A DNA stretch of 18,320 nt from Myxococcota bacterium (lineage in GTDB: Bacteria > Myxococcota_A > UBA796 > GCA-2862545): contig JBCCQY010000181.1 in the NCBI GenBank assembly GCA_039208735.1, forward strand, positions 1 through 18,320. Reading direction: 5' to 3'. A program made the translations under genes and the position numbers. Shown here piece after piece: positions 16,295 to 18,320 of the stretch. The notes under the pieces are model-generated. The model did no database searches, was not told the DNA's origin, and saw nothing but the letters and a program-made list of their open reading frames with translations. Every line of letters starts with the position of its first letter. Position 1 is the stretch's first letter.

Positions 16295-17230
16295 ATGGAA
16301 CGCATCGAGATCCCGGGTGGCGCCAGCTACTCACCGGTTGCCCTTACGGACGTCATCGTGGGGGCGCCGCTCGCGTCCCGGCTTTTGCTTGGAGCGGCGG
16401 GTCCTGGCCAGCTCGTCTCCAATGTGGCGCTTGGGCTCTACGCCACCAGTTCAGCGGTCGACTGGGCATCTCGCTGGGGCGTACGTCCTGTGGATTTCAA
16501 GGCGACCTACGACGCCGATGTCGATTCGCTCGAAGAGATGCCCGAAGAAGCTCGAGAGTGGGAGGTTCGCCTCCTCGCCTCGGCGATGAACGAGGACTAC
16601 ACCGAGGAAGCGCCCGAGCGTAAAGACCTCGCGAAGCTCGTGAATCAAGTGCTGACGGACTACATCGCTTCGATCACCCAGCAAGAGGTGGTGACGAGCA
16701 GCGAGATTCGTAGCTTCACCATCGCAAAGCTCGTGTTTCCGTTCGCACAGGGCACGTGCGACATGATCAGTGGCGATATCGCGATTTTCAATGACAGCGG
16801 TGTGTTCCTGCCGCACATCATCGCGCACGAGTTTTGCCACCGAAAAGGCTACATGAAGGAGCTGCACGCGCAGGTCCTGGCCTATCTAGCGCTTCGTACT
16901 TCCGACCATCCCTTGCTTGTCCAGTCTGCGCGGGCCGAACGACTCCATCGTCACCTCGCGGTGCTCGCTGACAACGACCCGGTCCGGTTCCTGGGGCTGC
17001 TCGAGACCGCCTGCCTTCGCAAGGAACTGCATCGCGCGTTTTCGCAGCTTCGTCCTGACGGCAAGCCTCCTGGCATGATCTCGAACGCCATGCGGGCGAT
17101 GTACGACTGGCGCATGCGGTTGTCGGGTCAGAATGGACTTTCGGACTACGACGAGGGGTTCACAAACTTCCTTTGGACGTTTGGCCGCAGTACGCGCGCC
17201 GACGCCGACGTCGCCCAGGCCGTCGTCTGA
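16295..17230 (+). CDS. Putative zinc-dependent metallopeptidase-like protein (DUF3810-like), 311 aa
   Basis: PHIIAHEFCHRKGYMKELHAQVLAYLA contains HExxH plus a downstream Glu, as in DUF3810. The C-terminus has GQNGLSDY. GGAG RBS upstream. Confidence 0.7.
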   Translation: MERIEIPGGASYSPVALTDVIVGAPLASRLLLGAAGPGQLVSNVALGLYATSSAVDWASRWGVRPVDFKATYDADVDSLEEMPEEAREWEVRLLASAMNEDYTEEAPERKDLAKLVNQVLTDYIASITQQEVVTSSEIRSFTIAKLVFPFAQGTCDMISGDIAIFNDSGVFLPHIIAHEFCHRKGYMKELHAQVLAYLALRTSDHPLLVQSARAERLHRHLAVLADNDPVRFLGLLETACLRKELHRAFSQLRPDGKPPGMISNAMRAMYDWRMRLSGQNGLSDYDEGFTNFLWTFGRSTRADADVAQAVV

Positions 17231-17607
17231 TGGACTTGCCAGACCGCGATACTGCGTCTGAGCACGCCTTCGTCGCGTGGGCCCGTGACCTTGACGAGAC
17301 CGAGCCTCTTATCGAGGCGATCGAAGCGGCCATGGAGGCGCGACGTCCCCGGCTTGCCGCTCGGCTGGTGGGCTTGGTGGAAGACTTCGTGGAGATTGAG
17401 CCTGGCAGTGCCCTCGATCGAGCCCGTGGGGCGGCGCAGTTTCTCCTCCTCGAGCCTGAAGCCACCCACGCGGTGGACGACCTCGAAAACGCTTGGCGTG
17501 ACGCGCGAACGCGACGGATTTGGCGCATGCGCCGTCGCATTCGTCAGCGGCTCACCGGGTCGAACGAGCGTATGGGTCGGTGGGATTCGCGTCGCCGGCG
17601 GAGGTGA
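17230..17607 (+). CDS. Hypothetical helical protein with Arg-rich C-terminus, 125 aa
   Basis: ATG 17230 overlaps the upstream TGA (TGATG). Translation MDLPDRDTASEHAFVAWARD...; it fills the gap between two co-oriented genes. Confidence 0.7.
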   Translation: MDLPDRDTASEHAFVAWARDLDETEPLIEAIEAAMEARRPRLAARLVGLVEDFVEIEPGSALDRARGAAQFLLLEPEATHAVDDLENAWRDARTRRIWRMRRRIRQRLTGSNERMGRWDSRRRRR

Positions 17608-17642
17608 CAGCGGGTCGCCCTCATTTGGGGTAGACCGTGCCC

Positions 17643-18320
17643 ATGGACCTCCTCCGTAAGGCCTGGCAAACCGTGCAAGGCTGGTCGCGGCGCGATTCCG
17701 CGCACGTTGTCGTGCTGTCGTTCATCGTGACGGCCGCCATCATTCACCAGTCCGTGTTGTGGTTCTGGTACATCGAAGATGCTGCCATCACCTTTGCCTA
17801 CGCCAAACATGTGGCGATGGGCGAAGGGCTGGTGCCGTTCATTGGGGGCGAGCGCGTCGAGGGCTATTCGAATCCGGCCTGGACGTTCTTCTTGGTCCCG
17901 TTTTCGTTCGTGGGCTTCGACCTGCACGCCCTGGCCCGATGGCTGCAGGTCATCCTGCTCATTCCTACGTTTGGGGCCACCTACCTTGCCGCCCGCGAAA
18001 CGTTCGAGGGCACGAGCTTTGGGCCGGTCACGTCCGAGCTGCCCCTGGTTGCGCCCGCGGTGCTTGCGGCGAGTGCGCAGTTTGCGGTGTGGACAGGGTC
18101 TGGCCTCGAGATGGCCCTCATGAACCTGTTCATGGCGGTGGCGATTTGGCGGTCGCTCGTCGAACTCCGCACCGGCGCCTTCCCGTGGTCCGCGCTCTGG
18201 TGGTTAGGGGTCACCCTCTCGCGCCCCGAAGCGATTCTCTACGCGGCGGTGGGTGGGTTCTGCGCCATGGTGGGCCACCTGAAAGCAGGCCGAGGGTCCC
18301 TACCGACCGTCAAATGGCTG
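17643..18320 (+). CDS. Second AftB-related GT-C membrane glycosyltransferase (5' part; runs off window)
   Basis: Absent from the ORF track because it has no stop in the window. Manual translation from ATG 17643: MDLLRKAWQ...WFWYIEDAAITFAYAKHVAMGEGLVPFIGGERVEGYSNPAW...WTGSGLEMAL...LSRPEA. It is homologous to the 8570..10213 gene. Confidence 0.82.
   Translation, partial: MDLLRKAWQTVQGWSRRDSAHVVVLSFIVTAAIIHQSVLWFWYIEDAAITFAYAKHVAMGEGLVPFIGGERVEGYSNPAWTFFLVPFSFVGFDLHALARWLQVILLIPTFGATYLAARETFEGTSFGPVTSELPLVAPAVLAASAQFAVWTGSGLEMALMNLFMAVAIWRSLVELRTGAFPWSALWWLGVTLSRPEAILYAAVGGFCAMVGHLKAGRGSLPTVKWL

Overview
GC-rich, densely coded bacterial window of about 18 CDS. It is probably from a myxobacterium-like lineage; this is inferred from a Hanks-type kinase, a TIGR02996-like/LRR protein and multiple GT-C membrane glycosyltransferases. 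Layout: (i) a seven-gene minus-strand run 6646->57: nucleoside phosphorylase/MqnB-like, DEDDh exonuclease, OmpA/MotB-like lipoprotein, 788-aa unknown, DUF790/Bax1-like nuclease, DCC(DUF393)-family oxidoreductase, Imm10-like protein; (ii) a divergent TetR regulator; (iii) head-to-head GT87 and AftB-like GT-C glycosyltransferases; (iv) a minus-strand run fluC/crcB - GH18 - Ser/Thr kinase - TIGR02996-like LRR protein; (v) a plus-strand run pspA - HExxH (DUF3810-like) protein - hypothetical - second AftB-like GT-C that runs off the window. Main discovery: the ORF track splits the DCC gene (804->430, minus) at two in-frame TGA codons that fall exactly on the two Cys of the family DGxCxxC motif (D-G-L-U-G-L-U). 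The gene has a perfect AGGAGG RBS and an in-frame SECIS-like hairpin with a GGU apical loop, making it a candidate bacterial UxxU (two-selenocysteine) selenoprotein. No RNA genes, CRISPR arrays or mobile elements were seen. All family assignments are from motif recognition, not database searches.
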